Below the pieces are notes generated by a model. The model ran no database searches and was not told the DNA's origin. It saw only the letters and a list, made by a program, of their open reading frames with translations. 64,000 bases of DNA from Acidobacteriota bacterium (GTDB lineage: Bacteria; Acidobacteriota; UBA6911; RPQK01; JAJDTT01), in contig CBDCJH010000002.1 in NCBI GenBank assembly GCA_965217775.1, forward strand, positions 5,088,001-5,152,000. The letters are read 5' to 3'. Of this stretch, positions 39,759-48,918 are shown piece by piece. Every line of letters begins with the position of its first letter. The first letter of the stretch is position 1. The position numbers and the translations under genes are program-made.

Positions 39759-39932
39759 CTAGATCCCGGCATCCTCCTGACCGCCGTCTCCGTTGGCGTT
39801 GTTATCGTTCAAGTCGGCGTAGTCGTCGAAGTAGTCCGCCTCGTCTTCGTAGTCTTCAAAGTCGTCGTATTCTTCCTCGTCCTCGAACTCGTCGTACAGA
39901 TCGTCTTCCTGTGCCAAGATGCTAGCAGTCAT
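39759..39932 (-). CDS. Small highly acidic protein
   Basis: 57 aa rich in D/E/Y/F; GGAG upstream of the ATG. Confidence 0.55.
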   Translation of the reverse strand: MTASILAQEDDLYDEFEDEEEYDDFEDYEDEADYFDDYADLNDNNANGDGGQEDAGI

Positions 39933-40040
39933 CGAATTTGTCTCCGGAGCGATTATCCGCCGCCTTCCCAATCCAGTTCAACCACTGTCAGGCGTACCTT
40001 GTGGTCGCCCTCCCCGGGCCGATCAGTACGGCGCGACAGC

Positions 40041-40065
40041 GGGCACCCACAAGGGGTGCCCCTAC
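40041..40065 (-). repeat. GTAG-type REP
   Basis: Minus strand gtaggggcaccccttgtgggtgccc. Confidence 0.78.
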
Positions 40066-40088
40066 TTCCGTAGTAGAGTAGTTCCGAA

Positions 40089-40772
40089 GTGAGATCCTTG
40101 GGCGCGCTCTTGGAAGTGGTTGCAGTGGCTGTGGGCGGCTTGGTCCTGGCGCCGGCCGGGATCAGGCTGCTGGGCATTTCAGCCCGGGACATCTATGGAG
40201 ACGTGTCGCATCTCGTCCTCTATCTGACCTTGGAGTCGTCGTTGACGCTGGGCATTATTCTGATCCTGTTGTGGTCGGGAGGCCGGCGTCTCCGAGACCT
40301 GGGGTGGGCCAATCGGGGCTGGTGGAGGGAGTCGTTTGCCGGGGTGTCCGTCGTGCCTCTCCTCTTCGGCGCCACGGTTCTGGTGGGGTTCCTCTTCCGG
40401 ATCTTTCTACCGCAGTATGTCTCGGAAACGAACCCGCTGCTGGAGATGATCCAGGACGGAACCGACCTGGGGTTGCTGCTGTTCAGCAGCATCTTTGTCG
40501 GCGGGATCAAGGAAGAGGTTCAGAGAGCCTTCATTCTGGTCCACTTCCGAAACCACCTCGGAGGCGCGGTTCCGGGATTGATCCTCTGGAGCGCGTTCTT
40601 CGGCGCGGGGCACTCCTTCCAAGGCGTCGATTTCGCCGTGGCCGCGGGTGTCCTGGGCCTGCTCTTCGGTCTCCTCTATCTGTGGAGAGGACATCTGGCG
40701 GCGCCCATCGTGGCCCATGCCCTCTACGACGTCGTCACCCTCTCTATCTTCTGGGGGTGGCTCCGCTCCTGA
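40089..40772 (+). CDS. CPBP (CAAX/Abi) intramembrane metalloprotease
   Basis: EEVQRA, FGAGH, AHALYD. Confidence 0.9.
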   Translation: MRSLGALLEVVAVAVGGLVLAPAGIRLLGISARDIYGDVSHLVLYLTLESSLTLGIILILLWSGGRRLRDLGWANRGWWRESFAGVSVVPLLFGATVLVGFLFRIFLPQYVSETNPLLEMIQDGTDLGLLLFSSIFVGGIKEEVQRAFILVHFRNHLGGAVPGLILWSAFFGAGHSFQGVDFAVAAGVLGLLFGLLYLWRGHLAAPIVAHALYDVVTLSIFWGWLRS

Positions 40773-41539
40773 TCGCGTTCCAGCTCGGCCAGAGCCAGCC
40801 GCGCGGCTTTCTGTTCGGCCCGTTTCTTCGACCTGCCCTGGGCTCGGGCCAAGACCCGATTCAGGCCTCGCACCTCGATCAGGAAGGTCTTGGAATGCTG
40901 CGGACCCGTCTCCCGGATCACCTTGTAGCTCGGTTCCCGTCCTCCCAGCACGTGCAGGCGCTCCTGGAGCCGGGACTTGTAGTTTCCCAACTCGAGTTCG
41001 TCACGGGCGTCCTGTTTCAGATGATCTCGAAACTGGTCCAGAATGAAGGAACGGGCCGCCTCCAGACCGCCATCCAGATAAATGGCGGCGATGACACTTT
41101 CGAAGGCGTCAGCCAGGATGGTCTTTCGGCTTCGCCCTCCTGTCTTCTCTTCATTGCGGCTCAGCCTGAGATACCGACCGAGACCCAGGCGCCCGGACAG
41201 GTTGGCCAACTCGGACTTGGAGACGAGAAAGGAACGGGTCTTGGAGAGCTCTCCCTCGGGCCGGTCCGGGTTGGCGAGGTAAAGGGTCTCACTGATGACC
41301 AGTTCCAGAACCGAGTCCCCGAGAAACTCGAGGGACTCGTAGTGATGTCCCGGCGTTCCCGCTTCGTGAGCGAAAGATCGGTGGGTGAGAGCTCGCTCCA
41401 GAACACGTATCCGGCGAAACCGGTGACCCAAGCGGCTCTCCAGATCCTTGAGATCTTTCCGGCGGGGACCCGACTGAATGCGGCGATGAGATCGGATCCG
41501 GGCCAACAGCCCGGACCATGAAAGAAAGAGTCTTTTCAA
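40724..41539 (-). CDS. rnc: Ribonuclease III
   Basis: ALTHRS, ESLEFLGDSVL, ADAFES; C-terminal dsRNA-binding domain. Confidence 0.97.
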   Translation of the reverse strand: MKRLFLSWSGLLARIRSHRRIQSGPRRKDLKDLESRLGHRFRRIRVLERALTHRSFAHEAGTPGHHYESLEFLGDSVLELVISETLYLANPDRPEGELSKTRSFLVSKSELANLSGRLGLGRYLRLSRNEEKTGGRSRKTILADAFESVIAAIYLDGGLEAARSFILDQFRDHLKQDARDELELGNYKSRLQERLHVLGGREPSYKVIRETGPQHSKTFLIEVRGLNRVLARAQGRSKKRAEQKAARLALAELERDQERSHPQKIERVTTS

Positions 41540-41593
41540 GTACCGACCCGGAACACAGTTTCCCTTTTCTGTCCGGAATGAACCGAATTCGTG

Positions 41594-42568
41594 TCAGGGA
41601 GTCTGTGTCTGAGGGGTCTCTCCCACCTCCGGAAGGATGAACTGCTGCATCTCCTGATTCTGGAGTTCCTGAAGCGCCGCTTCCTTGGCCGCCTTTTGTT
41701 GCATCAGGTACTCACGCTGCTGCTCGATGAGTTCCTCGATGCCTTCCGTCTTCTTGTGAACGAAGGTGTAGAGTTGACTGAGTTGCTCCCGAGCGATCTG
41801 AGCCGTCATTCCCCCGGTGGCCACCGCGCGGGCATAGGCTTCGAGGGCCTTCTCCGCATTCCGCTTTCCGAGGTAGGCTCGCCCCATGCGCAGATAGGCT
41901 CGATCATGGTCCGGTTCCAGTTCGACCACCTTGGAGAAATGTTCGACGCAACTGTCCAGGTGCTGGGCCTTGGTCGAGCTGCTCTTCATGGACTGATGCA
42001 GATTCGACAGTCCCAGGGCGTAGTGGCCATCCGCCTCCAGCCGCTCTTTCTGGCGAGTCCATTCAACCAGGCTCAATTGTCCGGGCTGTTGCGCCGCCGT
42101 GGCGCCGTCCAGGCCCTGTTGAGCCCTGGCCAAGGCCTTCTGTATCTCGCCCCTTTCGGCGTATCCCACGGCCAGTTCGATCAGGAGGACGTAACTGGAG
42201 GGTAGCTCCGCGATCGCCTTCTCGCCGTGCTCCACAAACCTCTCGTATTCATTCTGCTGTTGGAAGAAGAGAGCCAAGAGCTGGTGAGCCAGCGGAGTGA
42301 GGCCGCTCTTCGGATGGTTCTCCAGGAAGTCCATGGCCAGTTCGGCCTTCGGCAGCAGCTCTTCGGTCTGATCGATGGCCGTCCAGGCGTCGTACTCTTC
42401 CTTGGTCTGGGCTTGTCCCACGACCCTGACTACCTCGGGTGGAGCCACCAGGGGTTCTTCTTCGTCCAGGAGGAGCCCTTCGTCTTGCTGTCCCGTGTTC
42501 TGAGCAGCCGCCCAGTCCCAGGTGGAGGACAAACCTAGGAGAGCAATAGTGGCGAGTACCTGTTTCAT
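41594..42568 (-). CDS. Exported TPR protein
   Basis: Signal peptide MKQVLAT...; TPR-like helices. Confidence 0.8.
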   Translation of the reverse strand: MKQVLATIALLGLSSTWDWAAAQNTGQQDEGLLLDEEEPLVAPPEVVRVVGQAQTKEEYDAWTAIDQTEELLPKAELAMDFLENHPKSGLTPLAHQLLALFFQQQNEYERFVEHGEKAIAELPSSYVLLIELAVGYAERGEIQKALARAQQGLDGATAAQQPGQLSLVEWTRQKERLEADGHYALGLSNLHQSMKSSSTKAQHLDSCVEHFSKVVELEPDHDRAYLRMGRAYLGKRNAEKALEAYARAVATGGMTAQIAREQLSQLYTFVHKKTEGIEELIEQQREYLMQQKAAKEAALQELQNQEMQQFILPEVGETPQTQTP

Positions 42569-42733
42569 TCTATTTTCTCCGATATCCATGAAAGGAAGGC
42601 CGCCCCGATCAGGCGGCTGGACAAGGGTCATTGTGGCACAAAAAGTCAGCGAAATCACGGAAGAGGAGGAGTGAGAAAAGAGACAAGAGGGAGAGAGAAG
42701 AGGTCGTGTTCTTGCGGCGGGAAAGAGAGCGCC

Positions 42734-44302
42734 TCACTCCTCCTGTCTTTCCGAACTCAGGGCTTCGATCAGTTCGGCGGCTTCTTTCCTGGCCCCCTTC
42801 AGATCTCCTTCCAGGCCCAGGACCTGCTGAAAGCGTTTCCGGGCCTCGGCCATGGAACCCTGGGAGGCCAGGATGCGGCCCATGCGGACCAGGGACAAGC
42901 CCCGGACCCACACGGGGGCGTTCGAATTGGAGACCCTCTCGTAGTACACGAACGCCCGCTGCAAGTCTCCCGTCTGAGACGAGATCTGAGCCATGTAGAA
43001 GAGACCGGTGGAGTTGCCCGGATCTTGCCGGAGGAGCTCTTCCAGGCGCTGCCCGGCCTCTTTAAACTGCTTCTGAGCCATCAGTTTTCCGGCCTCGTTG
43101 AGGAGCGAAATGATGAGGTTTTTCCGCTCCACCCGCTGCCGTTCGCGGTCTTGGGCTTCCTGGAGCTCCCTTGCTTCTTCCGCCAGCGATTCCTCCATGG
43201 CCGCGATGGCGGATTCCGCCTCCTTCAGGCTGTCCTCGTCCAGGTCCTGGAGGAGCAGTTCGGCGTAAGCTGGAAAAGAAAGCAGCCCGCTGCTCTCATA
43301 TTCGACCAAATGGCGGTAAAAGGATGGGAGGGCCACCAGTCCCTGTCGAAAAAACCCGACGATCTCCCGCCTGGGGTCGTCGGGCGGGTGCATCCTCAGA
43401 CTCAGGCTTTCGATCATCGATTCGGCCAGGACAAGCAGAATCCGGTCCCGGTACTCGGGCTTCAGCTGGGGCTGTTTGTTGGCCAGCCGCAAGAGATTCG
43501 AGTCCTCGTCCATCCGGGCCACGTACTTCTCGATCAGAGGATCGATGAGCACGTGGAGGTACTCGTGCTGGAGCGCGACGTAGTTCTCCGCAGGGTCGTC
43601 CGCGGGCCCCACGATGACGTAGTAGACCCGTTCCAGATTCCGTGCATTCACGGTGTCCTTGGCATTGAGGAGGTCCGGAATGAAGATGATGGTTCGATCC
43701 AGGACTCTGCGCGGACCGATGCGGAAGTAGCGGAGCGTCTGATGGATCAATTCTTCGAGCACGGGACGGTAACGTTCGACTTCGAGTTCGTAGCGCTTGA
43801 GGTAGCTGGGCCAGAGCTCGGCGACGCGGGCGGGAGCGTAGAGTTCCCGCACCAGATCGGCGAAGCCTCGCAAGGGAACGATGTCTGCCGGCAGGTGGTC
43901 GGTCTCTTCCGGGAAGGTCAGCTCCGGGACGTCCGACAGGAGCAGCGCCAGGGAGATGTAGTCGGCGCTCTCCCGGCCCTCGTCCCGATACCGGCGGTGG
44001 GATTTGTAGTACGTCTTCAGCCGAAGAATCAGATCGGGATCGACTCCCTCCAGTTGCTGCCGGACCGCCTGCCGCTCCTGCGATAGGGTTTTCCCGGATC
44101 TCTCGTAGTCGAAGCCGGCGGCGTTGAGCGCGGTCATGACGGCGAACACACGGGCGTCGTTCTTGAACGTGATGTTGACCAGATCTTCCAGTGCGAGCTG
44201 CGAATCCTCCGGTGCCGGTTGCGGATCCTCCGCAGGGGTCTCCTCACACCAGACCGGTGTCGAAAACAGCAGAAAGAATGTGAGAAATCGGATTGGCGTC
44301 AT
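42734..44302 (-). CDS. Exported protein with C-terminal TPRs and an HEYLH motif
   Basis: Signal peptide; QHEYLH possible zincin motif; TPRs. Confidence 0.75.
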   Translation of the reverse strand: MTPIRFLTFFLLFSTPVWCEETPAEDPQPAPEDSQLALEDLVNITFKNDARVFAVMTALNAAGFDYERSGKTLSQERQAVRQQLEGVDPDLILRLKTYYKSHRRYRDEGRESADYISLALLLSDVPELTFPEETDHLPADIVPLRGFADLVRELYAPARVAELWPSYLKRYELEVERYRPVLEELIHQTLRYFRIGPRRVLDRTIIFIPDLLNAKDTVNARNLERVYYVIVGPADDPAENYVALQHEYLHVLIDPLIEKYVARMDEDSNLLRLANKQPQLKPEYRDRILLVLAESMIESLSLRMHPPDDPRREIVGFFRQGLVALPSFYRHLVEYESSGLLSFPAYAELLLQDLDEDSLKEAESAIAAMEESLAEEARELQEAQDRERQRVERKNLIISLLNEAGKLMAQKQFKEAGQRLEELLRQDPGNSTGLFYMAQISSQTGDLQRAFVYYERVSNSNAPVWVRGLSLVRMGRILASQGSMAEARKRFQQVLGLEGDLKGARKEAAELIEALSSERQEE

Positions 44303-44379
44303 CGTCCGCAGACCATCGTAATGCAGAAGTCGAGGAGTGAGAAGTGAGGAGATAGGAGAAAGAGGGAGCGTCGAGGCGG

Positions 44380-45378
44380 TCAGGGTCGGCGGGCGAAGTG
44401 ATCGAAGCCGTGGGCCGGATCCGTCTCCATGCTCTCGCCCGCGTCCGCCTGGCGGAGGAAGCCGAGGTGGCGCCATGCGGGCAAGTGCTCCGGGTATTCG
44501 GTCCGAAAGCGTTCCAACCGGTCGCCGGGAATCGCGGCCAGGAGAGCGTAGTCCTCTCCGCCGGCCAGTGCGCCCTCTCTGGAGATGGAGGCGGTCAACC
44601 CGGGTTCGAGCGGGATCCTGGGACCGGGCTCGAAGCGCAGACGGCTGTCGCCGGCCAGGCGCTGGAGGTCGATGGTCAATCCGTCGCTCACGTCGATCAT
44701 GGCGCTGGCAAAGCCGTTGCGGCGAAGCCAGTCTCCCGCCTGGATCTGCGGGGCGGGAAGGAAATGGGCTTTCAGACAGCGCCAGCGGAAGGAATCGCCG
44801 GCCCAGGCGGCCAACTCCTCCTCCTTCCGGATGTCCGCCAGCTCCGTCGGGTCCTCGCGCTCCAGGAGATTCAATCCGGCCGCGGAGAGGCCGACGTCTC
44901 CCACCAGAACGATGGCGTCACCCTCGGCGGCCGTGGACCGGTACACGGGTTCTCCAACTTCCACGTGGCCCCAGACGGTGACACCGGCGTGGACGGAGGA
45001 ACCCCGGGAAAGGTCTCCCCCCACCAGAGGGATCTTCCAACGCCGGACCTCCTCCAGAAAGCCGTCCATGAACGAGCGAAAGAAGCCGCCGGTCAGATCA
45101 GGTGGAAGAGTCAGGGTGAGCAGACAGGCGGACGGCAGAGCCCCCATGGCCGCCAGATCGCTCAGATTGACCAGCAACGCCTTGCGCCCCAGGAAGTAGG
45201 GATTCATCCAGCGCCGCCGGAAGTGAACTCCTTCCACCAGGACGTCGGTGCTCACCACCAGCCGGGATTGCAGTGCGGGATCCAAGACGGCGCAATCGTC
45301 TCCCACGCCCTTGAGGACGAAGGGAGACTCATCCTGTTTCTGATTCCGAATCCAACGGATCAACTCAGATTCGGTCAT
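44380..45378 (-). CDS. thiL: Thiamine-monophosphate kinase
   Basis: GVGDDCA, NLSDLAAMG, IDVSDGL, GGEDYAL. Confidence 0.96.
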   Translation of the reverse strand: MTESELIRWIRNQKQDESPFVLKGVGDDCAVLDPALQSRLVVSTDVLVEGVHFRRRWMNPYFLGRKALLVNLSDLAAMGALPSACLLTLTLPPDLTGGFFRSFMDGFLEEVRRWKIPLVGGDLSRGSSVHAGVTVWGHVEVGEPVYRSTAAEGDAIVLVGDVGLSAAGLNLLEREDPTELADIRKEEELAAWAGDSFRWRCLKAHFLPAPQIQAGDWLRRNGFASAMIDVSDGLTIDLQRLAGDSRLRFEPGPRIPLEPGLTASISREGALAGGEDYALLAAIPGDRLERFRTEYPEHLPAWRHLGFLRQADAGESMETDPAHGFDHFARRP

Positions 45379-45469
45379 GGCAAGCTCTCCAGAGGTCCGC
45401 GGTGCTGACGTTGGGATTATATTGGTTCCTTAATCTCGAATTCTTGTGCAAATTGACGAACAATATCCG

Positions 45470-45494
45470 GTAGGGGCGCCCCTTGTGGGCGCCC
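45470..45494 (+). repeat. GTAG-type REP
   Basis: gtaggggcgccccttgtgggcgccc. Confidence 0.8.
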
Positions 45495-45651
45495 TCTTCG
45501 GTCCAAAGCGGAGCAAGACGGGGCCAGACGAAGAGTCGGCGGCTGGGGGCCAGGTGACCCCTCTGGTGACTGGCCTGGGAATGAACAGGATGCGAGCTAC
45601 ACTTGAATCCTCGCCGGTCGCTGCGATCGTTCCCCGTGGAGGAGCCTATCG

Positions 45652-46023
45652 ATGACCAATCCCATACCCCCAACCTTCACGCTCGGCGGTGAAGAATATG
45701 CCGTCGTCCCGCGCGCTGAATACGAGGCGTTGCGAAATGCCGTTGACGAGGACGCCATGGACGCCGCAATCCTTCAGCGTTTTCTGGAAGAGCCCGATCA
45801 AGAAGTCATCCCTTTCGAACTGGTCCGGCGCATTGTGAGCGGAGACCACCCGGTGCGGGTTTGGCGCGAATATCGGGGGATGAAGGCGAGTGAGCTAGCT
45901 GCGGCTGCCGGGATCGTGGCCTCCTACCTTTCGAATATCGAGACGGGGAAGAAGACGGGTTCAGTCAAAGCCATGAAGCGCATCGCCGACGCGCTCGATG
46001 TCACCGTGGATGATCTCCTCTAA
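45652..46023 (+). CDS. XRE-family HTH protein (orphan antitoxin-like)
   Basis: YAVVP..EYEAL N-terminus; HPVRVWREYRG...YLSNIETGKK HTH. Confidence 0.88.
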   Translation: MTNPIPPTFTLGGEEYAVVPRAEYEALRNAVDEDAMDAAILQRFLEEPDQEVIPFELVRRIVSGDHPVRVWREYRGMKASELAAAAGIVASYLSNIETGKKTGSVKAMKRIADALDVTVDDLL

Positions 46024-46181
46024 CAGCCCGTGGCAAAAGTCGTCACGGCATTCGACCGTCCCTGCATCCCGGCGGACTGCGTTGCGACTCGGTCACATAC
46101 TCCCGGTATGCTCCCTCATCGCGCCTTGTCCGGCGGGCGCAGGAACGGTCTCGGTGCTCGCGAGACTTTCACCACGGGCTG
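46024..46181. mobile_element. MITE family B, full 158-bp copy, CTAA target duplication
   Basis: ctaa|cagcccgtgg ... ccacgggctg|ctaa. Confidence 0.92.
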
Positions 46182-46400
46182 CTAAGAGTATCTCGGAATT
46201 CGTGCGCAGTTTGTGGGTTTCTGGTCCCCACTACATCCTCCTCTCCACCCGCCAGCGACTGCGCGCCCAGAGGCAGTGAACCTTCAAGGGCTTTGACGCT
46301 GGTGTTCAGACGGCGTAGAAGTTCTGGTCCCGGTTATGCTGGGTTGGGAGGCCCCCCGGGCTTCACGAGATCATTGGGGAAGTGGAGGAAATGAAAGCCT

Positions 46401-47054
46401 ATGGGAGAATGTGTCGTTGCCTGTGCCATGAAGAAGGAGTCCAGGATCCTTCAGGACCGGTTGGAGACCAGGTGCACCCACCTGGTGACCGGCCTGGGAA
46501 TGAACAGAACGCGAGCTACGCTTGAATCCTACCTCCGGGCGCAGCGCCCCTCGATACTGGTCTTTACCGGCACCGCAGGGCAGTTGGATCCCGGGTTGAA
46601 GATGGGCGACGTCGTCTTCCCGAGGCGCTGGTGTCTGCAAACGGGAGGATGCTTCGAATCGGATCCGGCACTGGTGGCCTTCCTCAGGAAGCACCGGGTA
46701 CGAATCTCCGGCGCCGGAGTCACGGTCCGAGTTCCGGTCATCAAGAAGCAGGATCGGGAACGCTTGCATCGGAGTCAGGGCGCTTCCATCTGCGACATGG
46801 AGAGCGCCGCGGTTCTGGAGGTCGCCCGGGTCCACGGAGTGCCCGCCGTGGCTCCCAAAGTCGTTTCCGACACGGCGGAGACGGGAATCCTGGGATTTCG
46901 GAGGGAATTCGAAGCCAACCTGATTCGGCTGAGCCACTATTTGGACGGCCTGCTCCGGATCGCCACCGAGTTCAATCCGGATGCCGGCGGAGATGAAAGA
47001 AGGTTTCCCGATTCCCCTTCCGGCCCCGGACCGGGGAGGGATACTCCGCCTTAA
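46401..47054 (+). CDS. Nucleoside phosphorylase family protein (MTA/SAH nucleosidase or HpnG-like)
   Basis: TGLG, GTAGQL..GDVV, CDMESAA, KVVSD. Confidence 0.85.
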   Translation: MGECVVACAMKKESRILQDRLETRCTHLVTGLGMNRTRATLESYLRAQRPSILVFTGTAGQLDPGLKMGDVVFPRRWCLQTGGCFESDPALVAFLRKHRVRISGAGVTVRVPVIKKQDRERLHRSQGASICDMESAAVLEVARVHGVPAVAPKVVSDTAETGILGFRREFEANLIRLSHYLDGLLRIATEFNPDAGGDERRFPDSPSGPGPGRDTPP

Positions 47055-47709
47055 GCTGATATTCGGAGGAGGAAACGAAGTCTTTGAAGCGGTTCAGGAT
47101 CTCGCGCCGTTTCTCCGGACTCCGGATCACGCCGCCCGCCTCGACTTCGCCTTGGAAAGCTTCGAACTGGGGCTTGACCAGAAGCAGGAGCTCCAGTTCC
47201 GGAAAGAGCTCCAAGCGGGGGAGAATGAGGCGGAGTGAAATGAAGGACAGGTCTGCCGTTGCCAGTTCCGGCGATCGAGGCAGATGGCCGGGGGACAGGA
47301 AGCGGGCGTTGATTCCTTCCAGGACCACCACCCGGGGATCCTGCCTCAGCTTCCACTCCAACTGACCCTTGCCCACATCCAGGGCGAGCACTTCCCGGGC
47401 TCCGTGCTGGAGCAGGCAGTCGGTAAAACCGCCCGTCGAGGCGCCCAGGTCCAGGCAGACGCGGTTCCGGACCCGGACCTGAAGGGCGGCCAGCGCGGCC
47501 TCCAACTTGAAGCCGCCCCGGGACACGTAACGGGGTGGAGCATTCCGCAATTGGATCCGTTCTCCGGCCGCCACCAGCGTCCCGGGTTTGTCCAGCCGTT
47601 GCTCGCCCAGGAAGACCCGGCCGCTCAGGACCAGAGCGACAGCCGTTCTGACATCGGGCGTCATGCCTCTGGACACGAGCAGCTCGTCGAGTCGGATTTT
47701 TCTCGTCAT
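46972..47709 (-). CDS. tlyA: TlyA rRNA methyltransferase
   Basis: S4 domain; YVSRGGFKL, DLGASTGGFTD, LVKPQFE. Confidence 0.95.
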   Translation of the reverse strand: MTRKIRLDELLVSRGMTPDVRTAVALVLSGRVFLGEQRLDKPGTLVAAGERIQLRNAPPRYVSRGGFKLEAALAALQVRVRNRVCLDLGASTGGFTDCLLQHGAREVLALDVGKGQLEWKLRQDPRVVVLEGINARFLSPGHLPRSPELATADLSFISLRLILPRLELFPELELLLLVKPQFEAFQGEVEAGGVIRSPEKRREILNRFKDFVSSSEYQLKAEYPSPVRGRKGNRETFFHLRRHPD

Positions 47710-47755
47710 GCGCTGAGCGACCCGGTGAGAAACGCGGAGTGGCCCCAGTTCGCTG

Positions 47756-48682
47756 TCAATAGCGCCGGCTTGAGATGAAGGCCGCGATTCCAATCAGCAT
47801 CCTGGCCCTGGAGCCCAGGAAGGAGACTTCCCGCGTCGCCTGATGCATCAGGCGATCCGCAATCTCATGGCTCCGGGGGACCCCCAGCAGGGCGGGGTAG
47901 GTGGCCTTCTCCAACAGGACGTCCTTTTGGGAGCCCTTCCCCAATTCCTCTTGGGAGCCTTCCACATCCAGAAGGTCGTCCACGATCTGAAAGCAGAGAC
48001 CGACCTGCCGGGCGTAGCAACTCAAGCTCTGACGGGCGCTGCGGGGGGCTCCGCAGAGGAGGGCGGCGGTCGTGACGGAGGCCTCGATCAGGGCTCCGGT
48101 CTTGCAAGAGTGGATGTACCGGACCTCCTCTTCCGTATAGGCCTTGCCCTGTGAGACCAGATCCATGACCTGGCCGCCGATCAGGCCGGTGGCGGTGCCG
48201 ATGGATCGGCACAGATGGGTGATGACTTGCAATCTTACCGAATCCGGAACTGCTGCTCCCGGCAGCTCCGCCAAGAGTCGGAAGGCCAGGGTCATCAGGC
48301 CGTTCCCGGCCAGAATCGCGATTCCCTCCCCGAACTTCCTGTGGGCCGTGGGAAGCCCCCGGCGGTAGTCGTCGTCGTCCATGGCGGGAAGGTCGTCGTG
48401 GATCAGGGAGTAGGTGTGGATCAGCTCCAGGGCGCAAGCCAGTTGCAAAGAGGTTTCTGCGTCCCCGTCCAAGGCTTCCGCCGTGGCCAGAGCGAGAGCC
48501 GGACGAACCCGCTTGCCCCCGGCGAAGAGGCTGTAGCGCATGGCCTCGTGGACGACCTTGGGATAGGTGTCCGGAGGCGGCATCAGGTTCTCCAGCTTGC
48601 CGTCGACCCTTCGCTGCTGCAGCCGGAGATAGGTCTTGACCTCCGCCGAGTCCGCCTCGGCTGCCGCCGGGCGCGGCATCAC
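47756..48682 (-). CDS. ispA: Polyprenyl (farnesyl) diphosphate synthase
   Basis: GGKRVRP, SLIHDDLPAMDDDDYRRG, FQIVDD. Confidence 0.95.
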   Translation of the reverse strand: MMPRPAAAEADSAEVKTYLRLQQRRVDGKLENLMPPPDTYPKVVHEAMRYSLFAGGKRVRPALALATAEALDGDAETSLQLACALELIHTYSLIHDDLPAMDDDDYRRGLPTAHRKFGEGIAILAGNGLMTLAFRLLAELPGAAVPDSVRLQVITHLCRSIGTATGLIGGQVMDLVSQGKAYTEEEVRYIHSCKTGALIEASVTTAALLCGAPRSARQSLSCYARQVGLCFQIVDDLLDVEGSQEELGKGSQKDVLLEKATYPALLGVPRSHEIADRLMHQATREVSFLGSRARMLIGIAAFISSRRY

Positions 48683-48918
48683 TCCTCCTTCTGCCCGGAG
48701 AGTTGGAAGGGACCCGTTTCCAGCTCACCCTCCTGGTTCCTGGTCAAGATTTCCACTTTGCGCTCCGCCTCCTTCAAGACACGCGCACAGTAACGGGAGA
48801 CCTGAACTCCCTCCTCGAAGAGCTTCAGAGCCTCTTCCAACGAGAGGTCTCCCTCCTCCAGGTCTCCGACGATCTTTTCCAAGCGGGACAGCGCCCCTTC
48901 GAATTCCCTATATTTCAC
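48679..48918 (-). CDS. xseB: Exonuclease VII small subunit
   Basis: FEGALSRLEKIV..LEEG.LSLEEAL..FEEG. Confidence 0.96.
   Translation of the reverse strand: MKYREFEGALSRLEKIVGDLEEGDLSLEEALKLFEEGVQVSRYCARVLKEAERKVEILTRNQEGELETGPFQLSGQKEE

Noticed and set aside
40724-40772. Convergent 3' overlaps (rnc/CPBP, tlyA/phosphorylase, folC/biotin carrier)
   Set aside because: Short tail overlaps are common in GC-rich genomes.
42655-42735. Purine-rich GA tract (similar one near 44335-44370)
   Set aside because: Low-complexity intergenic sequence with no defined unit.
46186-46400. Possible ncRNA or riboswitch upstream of the phosphorylase gene
   Set aside because: No recognisable conserved motif; would need an Rfam search.
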